This document shows positions 28,882-39,347 of a stretch of DNA of 64,000 nucleotides, in pieces. The position numbers were made by a program, and so were the translations under genes. The stretch's first letter is position 1. Every line of letters begins with the position of its first letter. The stretch is from Candidatus Shapirobacteria bacterium (GTDB taxonomy: Bacteria; Patescibacteriota; Microgenomatia; UBA12405): assembly GCA_041661765.1 (NCBI GenBank), contig JBAZTV010000003.1, positions 143,914 through 207,913 of the forward strand. The letters run 5' to 3'. The notes beneath the pieces were generated by a model. That model did no database searches. It had not been told where the DNA came from and was given only the letters and a program-made list of their open reading frames with translations.

Positions 28882-30081
28882 ATGTCAAAACCAAACAAAA
28901 AAAGTCTTTTGATTATGTTTTTTGTTTTTACTTTTATCGTTATAACCACCGTTGGTATTACTTTATTTGCTAAAGGTTATCAAATTTCCACTAAGGGCAG
29001 AATTAGCTTTCTTGCTACCGGTATCATTTCTGCCACCTCTAAACCAAAAGGTGCTTCGGTTTATATTGATGACCGTTTAATCACTGCTACTGATGACACC
29101 ATTAATCTTCCACCCAACAACTATACTATTAAGATAGTGAAAGATGGATATCTTCCTTGGCAAAAAAATATTCAAGTTAAAAAAGAAATTGTTTATCAAA
29201 CCACTACCCAACTTTTTCGTTCTTCCCCTGATCTTAGACCAATTACTGTAGCTGGAGCCATTAATCCAACAATCAGCCCAAATAATAGTCTTGTCGTTTT
29301 CTCTGTCGCCTCTGCTTCTGCCACCAAAGATAAAGGTCTCTATCTTCTCGAACTTAGCGATACTGCTTCATTTTTATCTAAAAATTCAGCCAAGCAATTA
29401 AGCTCGAATCTTCAAAATCTAGATTGGTCAAAATTTACTTTCATTTTTTCTCCCAACTCAAAACAAATTTTAGCTTCCAACCCAACTAAAAGCGTTAATT
29501 TTTTAATTGATCTCTCCACCACTACTGATTATAAAAACCTGTACGACGTTACCGCTAAATTATCTTTAATAAAAGAAGATTGGGATCTTCAAGAGCAAGA
29601 AATTATTAAAACCAAGACTGCCATTCTCCCAGTTGAGCTTCAACCATTTATATCAACCACTTCCGCTAAAACCATTGTTTTTAATGAAGATGAAACTAAA
29701 GTCTTGTATTTAGCTCAAACCGATGGTGATCTTAAGAAAAATATTATTACTCCTCCTCCAGCTCAAAGTACTCAAACTCAAACTCGAGATATTAAAAAAG
29801 ATAATTACTACGTTTACGATTTTAAAGATGACACCAATTTTTGGATTGGATCAAAAGATCTTTACAACCCAAACTGGATCGCTAATTCCAATAATCTTAT
29901 CTACATAGAAGATCAAAAAATCCAAACTATTGAATATGATAATACTAATAAACAAACTCTCTTTGCCGGTAACTTCAACAAAGACGCTGTTTATCCCTGG
30001 TTAGACGGTAGTAAAATCATTACCCTAATAGCACCATACAACAACGCTCAAGAAAACTTATACTCCATCACCATTAAATAA
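28882..30081 (+). CDS. Membrane-anchored PEGA-domain protein with a beta-propeller-like C-terminus
   Basis: TM, SKPKGASVYIDD...YTIKIVKDGY; SPN/FSP repeats. Confidence 0.85.
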   Translation: MSKPNKKSLLIMFFVFTFIVITTVGITLFAKGYQISTKGRISFLATGIISATSKPKGASVYIDDRLITATDDTINLPPNNYTIKIVKDGYLPWQKNIQVKKEIVYQTTTQLFRSSPDLRPITVAGAINPTISPNNSLVVFSVASASATKDKGLYLLELSDTASFLSKNSAKQLSSNLQNLDWSKFTFIFSPNSKQILASNPTKSVNFLIDLSTTTDYKNLYDVTAKLSLIKEDWDLQEQEIIKTKTAILPVELQPFISTTSAKTIVFNEDETKVLYLAQTDGDLKKNIITPPPAQSTQTQTRDIKKDNYYVYDFKDDTNFWIGSKDLYNPNWIANSNNLIYIEDQKIQTIEYDNTNKQTLFAGNFNKDAVYPWLDGSKIITLIAPYNNAQENLYSITIK

Positions 30082-30101
30082 AGAGGGGTAAAAAAACAAG
30101 A

Positions 30102-30317
30102 TTAACGACCAATATAGTTAGCTCTCAACACTTCCTGTTCTACATTCGCATTTGGCAAAACTACTTTCTCTTTCTGTATCGTTTCACCTAAAACCTGACT
30201 TCTAGAAGCAACTGTTACACTCTGTCCTATCTCCACAAATCTTAAAATTGTCAAAGACAACACTGCTAAAACAAAACAAGTAATCAAAGTTCTTGCATTT
30301 CTATTATTATCAGTCAT
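30102..30317 (-). CDS. Small membrane protein
   Basis: Single TM plus QVLG motif. Confidence 0.6.
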   Translation of the reverse strand: MTDNNRNARTLITCFVLAVLSLTILRFVEIGQSVTVASRSQVLGETIQKEKVVLPNANVEQEVLRANYIGR

Positions 30318-30670
30318 ACCAAACAGTTTAAATACTTTTTATATCAGTGTCAAGATACAATAATAATTGTATCTGTTTGACCATTTATTCTATCTATTTT
30401 TTAAATTAATTTACCAATTTAAAATTTAATAAATTTTTAATCTTTCAAAAAATTGTTTATAACCATAAACTTCGCCAAACCAAAATATTTTAACCTTTAG
30501 CAAACACCACTTAGACTGCTAAATATTAAAATTATATTAAAAATGATTAAAACCACTAAAACATCATTCTAAATAAAAAGTAATCCTTATATATCATTTT
30601 TGATTTAAAAATTTTATTTGAGATATAATATAGTTTACTAAGCAGAGATATCTACCATAACTCTTTATGG

Positions 30671-30743
30671 CAGGGATTAGCGCAATTGGTAGCGTGCAGC
30701 GTTCGGGACGCTGAGGTTGCAGGTTCGACTCCTGTATCCCTGA
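30671..30743 (+). tRNA. tRNA-Pro(CGG)
   Basis: CAGGGAT/ATCCCTG acceptor, CAGCG-TTCGGGA-CGCTG anticodon arm, TTCGACT T-loop; CCA not encoded. Confidence 0.95.
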
Positions 30744-30817
30744 CTAAAATTTCAATATCCTTCTTTTTTTTAAAAATGGATTTTAGATATTAGAAATTTT
30801 AAAAAATTTTAAAACCA

Positions 30818-30889
30818 GTCCTCATAGTTCAATGGATAGAACGACCACCTCCTAAGTGGTAAATCCAAGTTCGATTCTTGGTGGGGATA
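30818..30889 (+). tRNA. tRNA-Arg(CCT)
   Basis: GTCCTCA/TGGGGAT acceptor, ACCAC-CTCCTAA-GTGGT anticodon arm, TTCGATT T-loop; CCA not encoded. Confidence 0.95.
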
Positions 30890-31346
30890 CAAATTTAAAA
30901 AATACCCTCTTTTTCTCCCCTTTCACAGCGATTTACCGCATATTTCAAATATAAAAACTATATTTCTCCGCATTATTTTTTTTGATTACCGCACTTTCTT
31001 TTGATATTTTTCATTATTTTTTTCTCCGCAAAATAATTTAGAAAAACACCTACTTAAATATAACATTCTCTACTTATACTAATCATATTCTCCGAATTTA
31101 AGTATATTACAAGACTTAAATTGTTTCTTTTATTACAAATAATAATTCCTATCAAAAAACACCCTCAAAAATCAAAAAATAATATATCAATTAAAATCAA
31201 TCTTAATTTTCCAAAAATATTACAATTTTTCCACTTAATCCCTTTTTAAAAAAAATAAAAAACATCACTTATTCCCAAAAATCCAGTAAATATATTAAGA
31301 AAAAACCATTAGCAGACAAAAAATCAAATGCTAAATGTCATAACAA

Positions 31347-32576
31347 TCACCTGTTATGACACACCAAAGTCCTAATTTCTTCGCTTTTAAAGATATCTTT
31401 TGCTAAATCTTTCACCTCTTTAAAAGTAATCTTTTTATACTTCTTCAATTCCTCTTCTATTGTCTCTTCACTATTTTCCAATAAAATCTTTTGCCCCACA
31501 AAACTAGCAATAAAACTCGTTCTATCCATTGCTAGTTTTGTCTTACCTAAAAAATAATCTTTAGCTCTTATTAATTCCTCTTCTTTAATGGATTCCGCAA
31601 TTTTATTAATTTCTTCTCTCACTATTCCAATTGCCTCAGTCATTTTATCTAAATTAACCCCAGACTGAATCGCCCAATAACCACCTTCTTTAAACAATTC
31701 ACCAATAGATGACACATAGTAAGCCAAAGCTCTCTCCTCTCTTATCCTACTGTAGAGCCTAGAAGAGCTATTTCCACCCATTATTATATCTAACAACCTC
31801 AGGGCGTATTTTCGATCATCAGACCACCCTAAAGCTGGTAAACCCATACAAAAATGACCTTGTTCAAGTTCTTTTTTAATTGTCTTATTTTTTTCTTTAT
31901 TTAAAATCAATTCAACCTCTGGTAACGTAAATTCGTTTTTAAAAACATCACTAAAACTATCTTTTATGGTTATTTCCAATTCTTCACTAACATCTCCACA
32001 GACCACCACTACTATTTCATTAGGGTTAAAAAATTTATTTTTATAATCAACAATTGTCTTTCTATTAACATTTTTTATATCATCAACTTCACCTGCTATA
32101 TTCCAGCAACCAATTTTTGAATTTCCATATAAAAATTTAGTAAACTCACCCCCCAATCCCATCATTGGGTTGTCTTGATACATTTTGATCTCTTCAATTA
32201 TTACTCCTCTCTCTTTTTTTGTTTCCTTTTCATCATAAATTGAATTTAAAAGTATATCTGAAAGTAGTTCAACTGCCCATTTCGCATTTTCTTTTACTGT
32301 TGTCACATAATACGAAGTCATCTCGTGTCCTGTCCCCGCATTATAACCAGCACCTTTTGCATCAATTTCCATATTAATTTGCTTTGCTGATGGTCGTTTA
32401 ATTGTTCCCTTAAAAGCCATATGCTCCAAAAAATGACTCAGTCCAAATTCATGTTTATTTTCATACTTCGAACCTATTTTCAAAAAAACCTCGACTGTTA
32501 CCGATTTTAAACCAGGCAAAGGTACAATTATCCCTCTAATTCCATTATTTAATTTAAAGCTTTTTGTTTTATTCAT
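31347..32576 (-). CDS. M16 family zinc peptidase
   Basis: SHFLEHMAFKGT (HxxEH), SSRLY..IRE. Confidence 0.95.
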   Translation of the reverse strand: MNKTKSFKLNNGIRGIIVPLPGLKSVTVEVFLKIGSKYENKHEFGLSHFLEHMAFKGTIKRPSAKQINMEIDAKGAGYNAGTGHEMTSYYVTTVKENAKWAVELLSDILLNSIYDEKETKKERGVIIEEIKMYQDNPMMGLGGEFTKFLYGNSKIGCWNIAGEVDDIKNVNRKTIVDYKNKFFNPNEIVVVVCGDVSEELEITIKDSFSDVFKNEFTLPEVELILNKEKNKTIKKELEQGHFCMGLPALGWSDDRKYALRLLDIIMGGNSSSRLYSRIREERALAYYVSSIGELFKEGGYWAIQSGVNLDKMTEAIGIVREEINKIAESIKEEELIRAKDYFLGKTKLAMDRTSFIASFVGQKILLENSEETIEEELKKYKKITFKEVKDLAKDIFKSEEIRTLVCHNR

Positions 32577-32662
32577 AACTTTCCACTGCTAATCATTTTA
32601 GTCTTGTTTAGCAATCTAAACTAATTATTGCTTGATATATTTAAGCAAAAATTAATAATTTT

Positions 32663-35131
32663 TTAATCTTTTATAACAAAATTAATCATTTTACCCTCAA
32701 TATATATCTCTTTAACTATCACTTTACCATTAATCCATTTTTTAATCTTCTCCTGTCCTTTTGCTCTTTCAACAATTTCGTCTTTATCATTCTGCTTTGC
32801 AAAATTAATTTCTAGCTGATCTCTAACTTTACCATTAATAGCTATCGCCACTATTATTTTATCTTCAATTAAATATTGAGAGTCAGCCTTGGGCCACTCA
32901 GCAATATGAACTGATGCGTATTCGTGTAGATACGCACGATCGTGCGTCTCTACCATAAAATATAATTCTTCGGCCGTATACGGCGCAAATGGCGCCAATA
33001 ACTTAATTAAAGTTTTTATATCTTCATCTACCATCGACAATCTAAGATCTGTCAATTTATTTAGCGCTTCCATCATCTGAGCAATAGCAGTATTGTACTT
33101 GAATTGCTCATTCATATCGGTAATGTTTTTAATTGTTTTATTTAATATCACTTTAACTTCTCTATTTTTAGCAGTCTCACTACCAACTTGATTAATTTGT
33201 AGTTTGATAAACTGCTCAAATCTATCCAAAAATCTTTTTACCCCCATTAAAGTGTTTTCATTCCAAGCCATAGTCGAATCAAATGGACCCATAAACATCA
33301 TATACATTCTCACCACATCAACCCCGTATTTATCAGCTACTACTTCCGGCACAATTACATTACCTTTAGATTTACTCATTCTTTGATTATCTGGACCCAA
33401 AATAACTCCATGTGACAATCTTTTATAATAAGGCTCTGGCTGTTCTTTTGGTACTACTCCCAAATCCCATAAAAATTTATAAATAAACCGTGAATACAAT
33501 AAGTGTAGAACGTTATGTTCATCTCCTCCAACATAAACATCAACCGGACACCAATACTTCATCAATTCTTGACTAGCTAGAACTGTATCATTATCTGGAT
33601 CAATATATCTCAAAAAGTACCAATCACTACCTGCCCAATTCGGCATGGTGTCTGTTTCCCTTTCTGCCTTTCCACCACACTTTGGACATTTAGTTTTTAC
33701 AAAACTTTCAATTTTTGACAACGGACTTTTACCATCATCGGTCGGCTCATATACTTCCACTTCTGGCAGCACAATTGGCAGATCACTTTCAGCAACCGGC
33801 ACCCAACCGCATTTTGGACAATTGATCATTGGAATTGGTTCGCCCCAATAATGCTGTCTTGAAAATATCCAATCTCTTAAATGATACGACGCCGTCCTTT
33901 CCCCAATGCCTTTTTCTGATAACCACTTAATCACTTTTTTAATTGCCTCTTCTTTGTTTAAACCATTTAAAAAATCTGAATTTATTACTTTATTACTTTT
34001 TTCGTCATAGACTTTAATCATTTCTAAACCAAATTTCTTAGCAAATTCTTCATCTCTTTCATCGTGGGCTGGCACTGACATAATTGCTCCAGTTCCATAA
34101 CTAGCCAAAACAAAATCCGAAATCCAAATTGGGATTTCTTTATTATTAACCGGATTAATCGCATATAATCCTGAGAACACTCCCGTTTTATCTTTGGAAA
34201 GTTCCGTTCTTTCTAGGTCAGATTTTTTCTTCGATTGTTTAATATATGTCTCGATATTTTTTTGTAGAGACGCATCATGATGCGTCTCTAACAATTGCGA
34301 AACAAGTTGATGTTCTGGTGCTATCACCATAAATGTGGCTCCAAAAAGTGTATCTGGTCTGGTTGTAAACACCTCAAGATAATCTGTAGAGACGTAGCGC
34401 GCTACGTCTCTACTACTTGACGAACTTTTAACTTTAAACTTTATTTTTGCCCCTTCTGATTTTCCAATCCAATTAATCTGCGCCTGTTTTACTTTTTCAA
34501 TAAAATTAGTTTCTTCTAATCCTTCAATTAATTTATCAGCATACTCTGTTATTTTCACCACCCATTGAGAAATATTCCTTCGACTCACCTCTGATCCACA
34601 TCTCTCACATTTCCCATCCACCACTTCCTCATTTGCCAAACCAATTTTGCAAGATGGACACCAATTAATCGGCATCTCTTTCTTATATGCCAACCCCTTA
34701 TTAAATAGTTGAATAAAAATCCACTGAGTCCATTTATAATAGTGTGGATCAGTAGTGTTGACTTCCCGACTCCAATCAAATGAAAAAGCTAAATCCTTCA
34801 TTTGTTTTCTGAACATATCAGTATTTTCTTTAGTTACATCCTGCGGTTTTCTTTTCATCTTAATTGCATAATTTTCTGTTGGTAATCCAAACGCATCCCA
34901 ACCCATCGGAAATAAAACATTCTCTCCCTGCATTCTTTTAAACCGAGCATAAACATCACCTCCAGTAAAGCTAAAAGCATGTCCCACATGAAGCCCACTA
35001 CCACTTGGATATGGAAATTCAACAAGAATATATTTTTTATTTTTTTTTGAATTATTATCTGCTTGATAAAGTCCAGGATGTTCTTCCCAAAATTTCCTCC
35101 ATTTATTTTCTATTTCCTTGAAATTTTCCAT
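32663..35131 (-). CDS. leuS: Leucine--tRNA ligase
   Basis: FPYPSG.GLHVGH, GWDAFGLP.EN, FTTRPDT, YGTGA, RMSKS. Confidence 0.98.
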   Translation of the reverse strand: MENFKEIENKWRKFWEEHPGLYQADNNSKKNKKYILVEFPYPSGSGLHVGHAFSFTGGDVYARFKRMQGENVLFPMGWDAFGLPTENYAIKMKRKPQDVTKENTDMFRKQMKDLAFSFDWSREVNTTDPHYYKWTQWIFIQLFNKGLAYKKEMPINWCPSCKIGLANEEVVDGKCERCGSEVSRRNISQWVVKITEYADKLIEGLEETNFIEKVKQAQINWIGKSEGAKIKFKVKSSSSSRDVARYVSTDYLEVFTTRPDTLFGATFMVIAPEHQLVSQLLETHHDASLQKNIETYIKQSKKKSDLERTELSKDKTGVFSGLYAINPVNNKEIPIWISDFVLASYGTGAIMSVPAHDERDEEFAKKFGLEMIKVYDEKSNKVINSDFLNGLNKEEAIKKVIKWLSEKGIGERTASYHLRDWIFSRQHYWGEPIPMINCPKCGWVPVAESDLPIVLPEVEVYEPTDDGKSPLSKIESFVKTKCPKCGGKAERETDTMPNWAGSDWYFLRYIDPDNDTVLASQELMKYWCPVDVYVGGDEHNVLHLLYSRFIYKFLWDLGVVPKEQPEPYYKRLSHGVILGPDNQRMSKSKGNVIVPEVVADKYGVDVVRMYMMFMGPFDSTMAWNENTLMGVKRFLDRFEQFIKLQINQVGSETAKNREVKVILNKTIKNITDMNEQFKYNTAIAQMMEALNKLTDLRLSMVDEDIKTLIKLLAPFAPYTAEELYFMVETHDRAYLHEYASVHIAEWPKADSQYLIEDKIIVAIAINGKVRDQLEINFAKQNDKDEIVERAKGQEKIKKWINGKVIVKEIYIEGKMINFVIKD

Positions 35132-35183
35132 AGGTTATTTTACTACAAAAAAAAATTTTTAATGCTATTATTACACTAATACA

Positions 35184-36182
35184 ATGTCTCTACCAACTAA
35201 AAAAATAATTATCACTTCTTCTGTCATTTTGGCCAGTTTTATTACAGGCATTATTATTTCACCTTATATTCTTACTTCAACTCCATCACTAAACAAAGAA
35301 ATTCGTAAAAATTTCAACTATCAATTTATAAACCCCCTATTAGAATGCGAAAATTCCATCATTAGTCAAGATTCAAACTTAACCTCATTAAAAAATTCTA
35401 TTCAATTTATTATTAACCAAGAAACTGATAATAATAAAATAACATTTGCCTCAATTTATTATCGTGATTTAAACAATGGTCCTTGGTTTAGCATCAACGC
35501 TGGCGAATATTTTTCCCCCGCCAGTCTTATTAAAGTTCCTGTTATGATTGCCTATTTTAAAGCTGCCGAAGATGACCCTTCAATTCTAGCCAAAAAAATT
35601 ACCAATAGTAAAACTTTTGATTATAGCCAGCAAAATATTACCCCAACTCAAGTATTAGAAATAGATAAAGAATATACCATTGAAGATTTAATTAACCGTA
35701 TGATTATTTATTCCGACAATGCTGCCTATGAACTACTTTTAAGTAATATTGATAATATAAAAATTTATAATGTATACCAAGATCTCGATGTTGATATTTC
35801 CAAGGCTCAAAATGATCCTAATGGTAATATTATTACTGTTAAGGACTATGCTTCTTTCTTTCGTATTTTATTCAATGCTTCTTATTTAAATCAAGATATG
35901 TCTGAAAAAGCTTTAGGTCTCTTAAGTAAAAGCCAATATTATAAAGGATTAGTCGCTGGTGTTCCTGAAAATATTACTATTGCTCATAAATTTGGTGAAC
36001 GTCAATTTTTGCCCAGTCGCGAAAAACAACTTCATGATTGTGGTATTATTTATCTTCCAGGAAAACCATATCTTCTTTGTGTTATGAGTCGCGCTAACGA
36101 TTTTAACCAAGCCGCTGGTTTTATTAAGCAAGTTTCAAAAGTTGTCTACGATGAAGTTTCTAAAAATGCAAATCCGCAGTAG
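35184..36182 (+). CDS. Class A beta-lactamase-like serine hydrolase, membrane-anchored
   Basis: SLIK (SxxK), SDN, HKFG; no clear E166 omega loop. Confidence 0.88.
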   Translation: MSLPTKKIIITSSVILASFITGIIISPYILTSTPSLNKEIRKNFNYQFINPLLECENSIISQDSNLTSLKNSIQFIINQETDNNKITFASIYYRDLNNGPWFSINAGEYFSPASLIKVPVMIAYFKAAEDDPSILAKKITNSKTFDYSQQNITPTQVLEIDKEYTIEDLINRMIIYSDNAAYELLLSNIDNIKIYNVYQDLDVDISKAQNDPNGNIITVKDYASFFRILFNASYLNQDMSEKALGLLSKSQYYKGLVAGVPENITIAHKFGERQFLPSREKQLHDCGIIYLPGKPYLLCVMSRANDFNQAAGFIKQVSKVVYDEVSKNANPQ

Positions 36183-36939
36183 AAATTTCTCCACTCAAAT
36201 CAGTTCTACAAATTTCAATTCCTTTTTCCTTTAATCTGGTCAACACTTCTTTTGTTGGATGACCAAATTTATTTTTTACCCCCACACTAATCACTGCCAT
36301 ATTCGGTTTCAATATTTTTAATAATTCCTCACTTGTCCCATTTTTCGATCCATGGTGACTCACCCTTAAGACATCCACTTTCTCTTTTAATATTTGTTGC
36401 CAAACCAATCTATGTTCTGTTTCCAAATCAATATCCGCCGCCATAAAAATTTTAATTTCCCGCCCTTCCGGAGCCTCCGGCGAAGGAGGGCTCCAAAATC
36501 TTAAAATTCCCGCAATTGAATTTTGATTATTATCTTCATCACTTTTAGTCTTTTTTTTAGGATTGACCACCTCAAACTCCATCCAATTAGTTTTAACTAA
36601 ATCAAATTGACTCACTTTTTTTGAATCAATTATTTGTTCAATTTGATAAAATTTAGACACATCTATTAATCCTCCACTATGATCGTTGTCTCCGTGAGTT
36701 ATTATTACTACCTCAATTTTTTTATCCCAAAATGGTATATTTTTTTCCAAACAAGTTAACACTTTTTTATTATTTGGACCTGTATCAATCAACATTTGCC
36801 AATTTTTATAAGTCATTAAAGTCGCATCCCCTTGCCCCACATCACAAAATATTACATTCACTTTTTGCGACGGCAAAGTCAGCCAAAATAAAATTACTAA
36901 AACCATTAATGATAAAAATAAAATAATTCTAGTTTTCAT
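36160..36939 (-). CDS. ComEC-type metallo-beta-lactamase-fold domain, stand-alone
   Basis: DVGQGD, IDTG, THGDNDH, SHHGS, FGHP. Confidence 0.9.
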   Translation of the reverse strand: MKTRIILFLSLMVLVILFWLTLPSQKVNVIFCDVGQGDATLMTYKNWQMLIDTGPNNKKVLTCLEKNIPFWDKKIEVVIITHGDNDHSGGLIDVSKFYQIEQIIDSKKVSQFDLVKTNWMEFEVVNPKKKTKSDEDNNQNSIAGILRFWSPPSPEAPEGREIKIFMAADIDLETEHRLVWQQILKEKVDVLRVSHHGSKNGTSEELLKILKPNMAVISVGVKNKFGHPTKEVLTRLKEKGIEICRTDLSGEISTADLHF

Positions 36940-37038
36940 TTAAAACCCGCCCGCCCTCCTGCCTGCCGGCAGGCAAGGTCGGACATCTCCCCTTAACAAA
37001 GGGAGAAATCTTTTAATTAAATCCGAAGTCGCAATTTT

Positions 37039-38037
37039 TTATGGCCTTGAACGTGGGCGACCACATTCACCAGACATAAAAAATTCGTGACGAGAATTTT
37101 TAAATAAAAAATAAATTAATAACAAATACCAACCAATCAACCAGATCCAGTTAAATTTTATTTCCACACTCGCCCAAGACAAACTCCCCAATCCCTCTAC
37201 TATTAATAGTATGTACTTCAACAAAGGAAAACTCAGCCACAAAATTATCTTTCCCAAAACCGGCACTATCAATCCCAACACACCTCCCAATATCCCCAAT
37301 ATTGTGATTATCTCTATCAAAAATAAAATGAAAAAATTAGTTATTGGCGCCACTAAACTCATTTTTCCAAATAGCATTACTAAAATTGGCAACAGCCATA
37401 AGCTCACCCAAAATGAATTCCATAAATCACTCCACCACTTTCTTTCTTTTTGAAAATTTAAAACCACCGCTCCAAACGCCACAAAACTCAAATAAAAACT
37501 GGCACTAAACAACACCCGATAATCAGCCAAAACCATAATTAAAATTATTAAAATTATGGCCCGCCCTAAATCAAATTTTCTTCCCAATAGTTGAGCCCAA
37601 TAAAATAAACTCATTAATAAAAAAGCTCTTACCGCTGGTATTTCAAATCCCACCCAATTCATATAAATCAAAATCATTCCAAACCCAAAAATAATCGCTT
37701 TCTTTCTACCCACCCAACTCGCCAATCTCTCCACTAGTCCTCGAAAAACTAAAATAATATTAGTTCCACTCACCACCATAATATGAATCACACCACTATC
37801 CCTAAAACTTGAAATCATATTTTTATCAAAATTATTCTGATCACCAAACACCATCCCCGCCATTAACGCCGCCTCTCTCGGCGGCAAATTTTTAAAAATC
37901 ACCCCAATCAAACTATCCTTATCTATAAACTTATAAATCAAAAAACATATCAAAAATATTAAAATCCAGATGACAAACCCACCCGGTCTTCGACCACCCT
38001 CCCTTGACAGGGAGGGCTTTTCACAACTGAATGTCAT
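37039..38037 (-). CDS. comEC: ComEC/Rec2 competence membrane domain
   Basis: F..SGVIHIMVVSGTN, AVRA, FYLSF; multiple TMs. Confidence 0.9.
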   Translation of the reverse strand: MTFSCEKPSLSREGGRRPGGFVIWILIFLICFLIYKFIDKDSLIGVIFKNLPPREAALMAGMVFGDQNNFDKNMISSFRDSGVIHIMVVSGTNIILVFRGLVERLASWVGRKKAIIFGFGMILIYMNWVGFEIPAVRAFLLMSLFYWAQLLGRKFDLGRAIILIILIMVLADYRVLFSASFYLSFVAFGAVVLNFQKERKWWSDLWNSFWVSLWLLPILVMLFGKMSLVAPITNFFILFLIEIITILGILGGVLGLIVPVLGKIILWLSFPLLKYILLIVEGLGSLSWASVEIKFNWIWLIGWYLLLIYFLFKNSRHEFFMSGECGRPRSRP

Positions 38038-38629
38038 TCTTTATTTTTTCAAACATCTTGTCCCCAATTCCCGGCACCAATTTAATTTCTTCAATACTTT
38101 TAAATCCGCCCACTTCAGTCCGATAATCAATAATTCTTTGAGCAATCGATGGACCCACTCCGTTCAATAAATCTAAATCTTCCAAACTTGCCGTGTTAAT
38201 TCTAATTATGTTTTTTGTCGTACTCACCCCCAAAACTACCGTTCCATCCTCCACCACATTTGGAATATAAATTTTTTGGCCATCATAAAGTTTTTCCGCT
38301 CTATTTAAATTTTTATCTATCCAGCTTAAATTGGCATTATCTCCTAAACCTCCCGCCATCACTATTGCATCATCCAGTATTGCTCCCTTCTCTAACTTAT
38401 AAACCCCCGGTTTTATCACCTCACCCGATATATCAATCATTACCTCATTGTTAACTTGTGTATCATTTTTCTCCGTTGACCCAATATTATTGGACACTAT
38501 TTCAGTTTTCCCCTTCTCCATAAATTGATCCCTAAAATTTATCCCGATTCCTAAAATAACCAACAAAAAACCCAATACCAATAGTCCATCAACTATTTTT
38601 AAACTCTGTATTTTCTTTAACAAATCCAC
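38021..38629 (-). CDS. comEA: ComEA DNA receptor
   Basis: TM, SLBB DISGEVIKPGVY, HhH INTAS...GVGPSIAQRII..R. Confidence 0.93.
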   Translation of the reverse strand: MDLLKKIQSLKIVDGLLVLGFLLVILGIGINFRDQFMEKGKTEIVSNNIGSTEKNDTQVNNEVMIDISGEVIKPGVYKLEKGAILDDAIVMAGGLGDNANLSWIDKNLNRAEKLYDGQKIYIPNVVEDGTVVLGVSTTKNIIRINTASLEDLDLLNGVGPSIAQRIIDYRTEVGGFKSIEEIKLVPGIGDKMFEKIKNDIQL

Positions 38630-38705
38630 TAACCAACAATAAAACTTCTTTATTAAAAATTATTAAAACTTGATACTCGTCTTCAAATGATTAATACTAT
38701 TAATA

Positions 38706-39347
38706 ATGCCTCAAATAATTAGTATTATTTTATTCTTTTTGGTTTCTGTTCTTTCCTTTCTTTTTTCCATCTCCAATTACCTTTATTTCACCCCTCAATT
38801 AATTGCCATTACTTCTGTCGCCATTTTAATTCTTTACTTTACTAAAAAAACTTTCTCTCTCCATTTAGTTGCTCTTTTAATCAATATCATTATTTTTTCT
38901 ACTAATGGTCTCAACTCTCCTTTTTTCTTTCTTATTTATTTCTTTCTTTTTATTATTGCTTTTCAAAATCCTTCATCTTCAACTTTAACTTATTCCCTTT
39001 TTCTAGTTCTAATCCTATCACAATCACTTAATTCCTTTACTTCTGTTATTACCCTTTCTTCCCTTTTACTCATTACTCCACTGGCCTGGTTCATGGGTAA
39101 ACAATTTTCTGAAAAAACAAAAAATGAAGAAATTATTACCGACGATGAAACTGATGTTTTACTCTGGCATTCCCTTAAATTAAAAACTGGCCTTTATCAA
39201 ATTATAGATTCCAGCTCTGAAATATTATCAACCCCTCTTACTCCCACTCAAAAAGAAAAAATTCATAAAATTAAAGAATCAGCTAAATCACTTTTACATT
39301 CTTCTGAAAAATTAACTGCATCAATTGACAATGAATCAGATAACTAA
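38706..39347 (+). CDS. Hypothetical integral membrane protein
   Basis: Five to six TMs, TNGLNSP motif, helical C-terminus. Confidence 0.75.
   Translation: MPQIISIILFFLVSVLSFLFSISNYLYFTPQLIAITSVAILILYFTKKTFSLHLVALLINIIIFSTNGLNSPFFFLIYFFLFIIAFQNPSSSTLTYSLFLVLILSQSLNSFTSVITLSSLLLITPLAWFMGKQFSEKTKNEEIITDDETDVLLWHSLKLKTGLYQIIDSSSEILSTPLTPTQKEKIHKIKESAKSLLHSSEKLTASIDNESDN

Noticed and set aside
35184-36182. Bona fide antibiotic-resistance beta-lactamase
   Set aside because: No clear E166 omega loop, HKFG instead of KTG, and membrane-anchored; more likely a cell-wall serine hydrolase.
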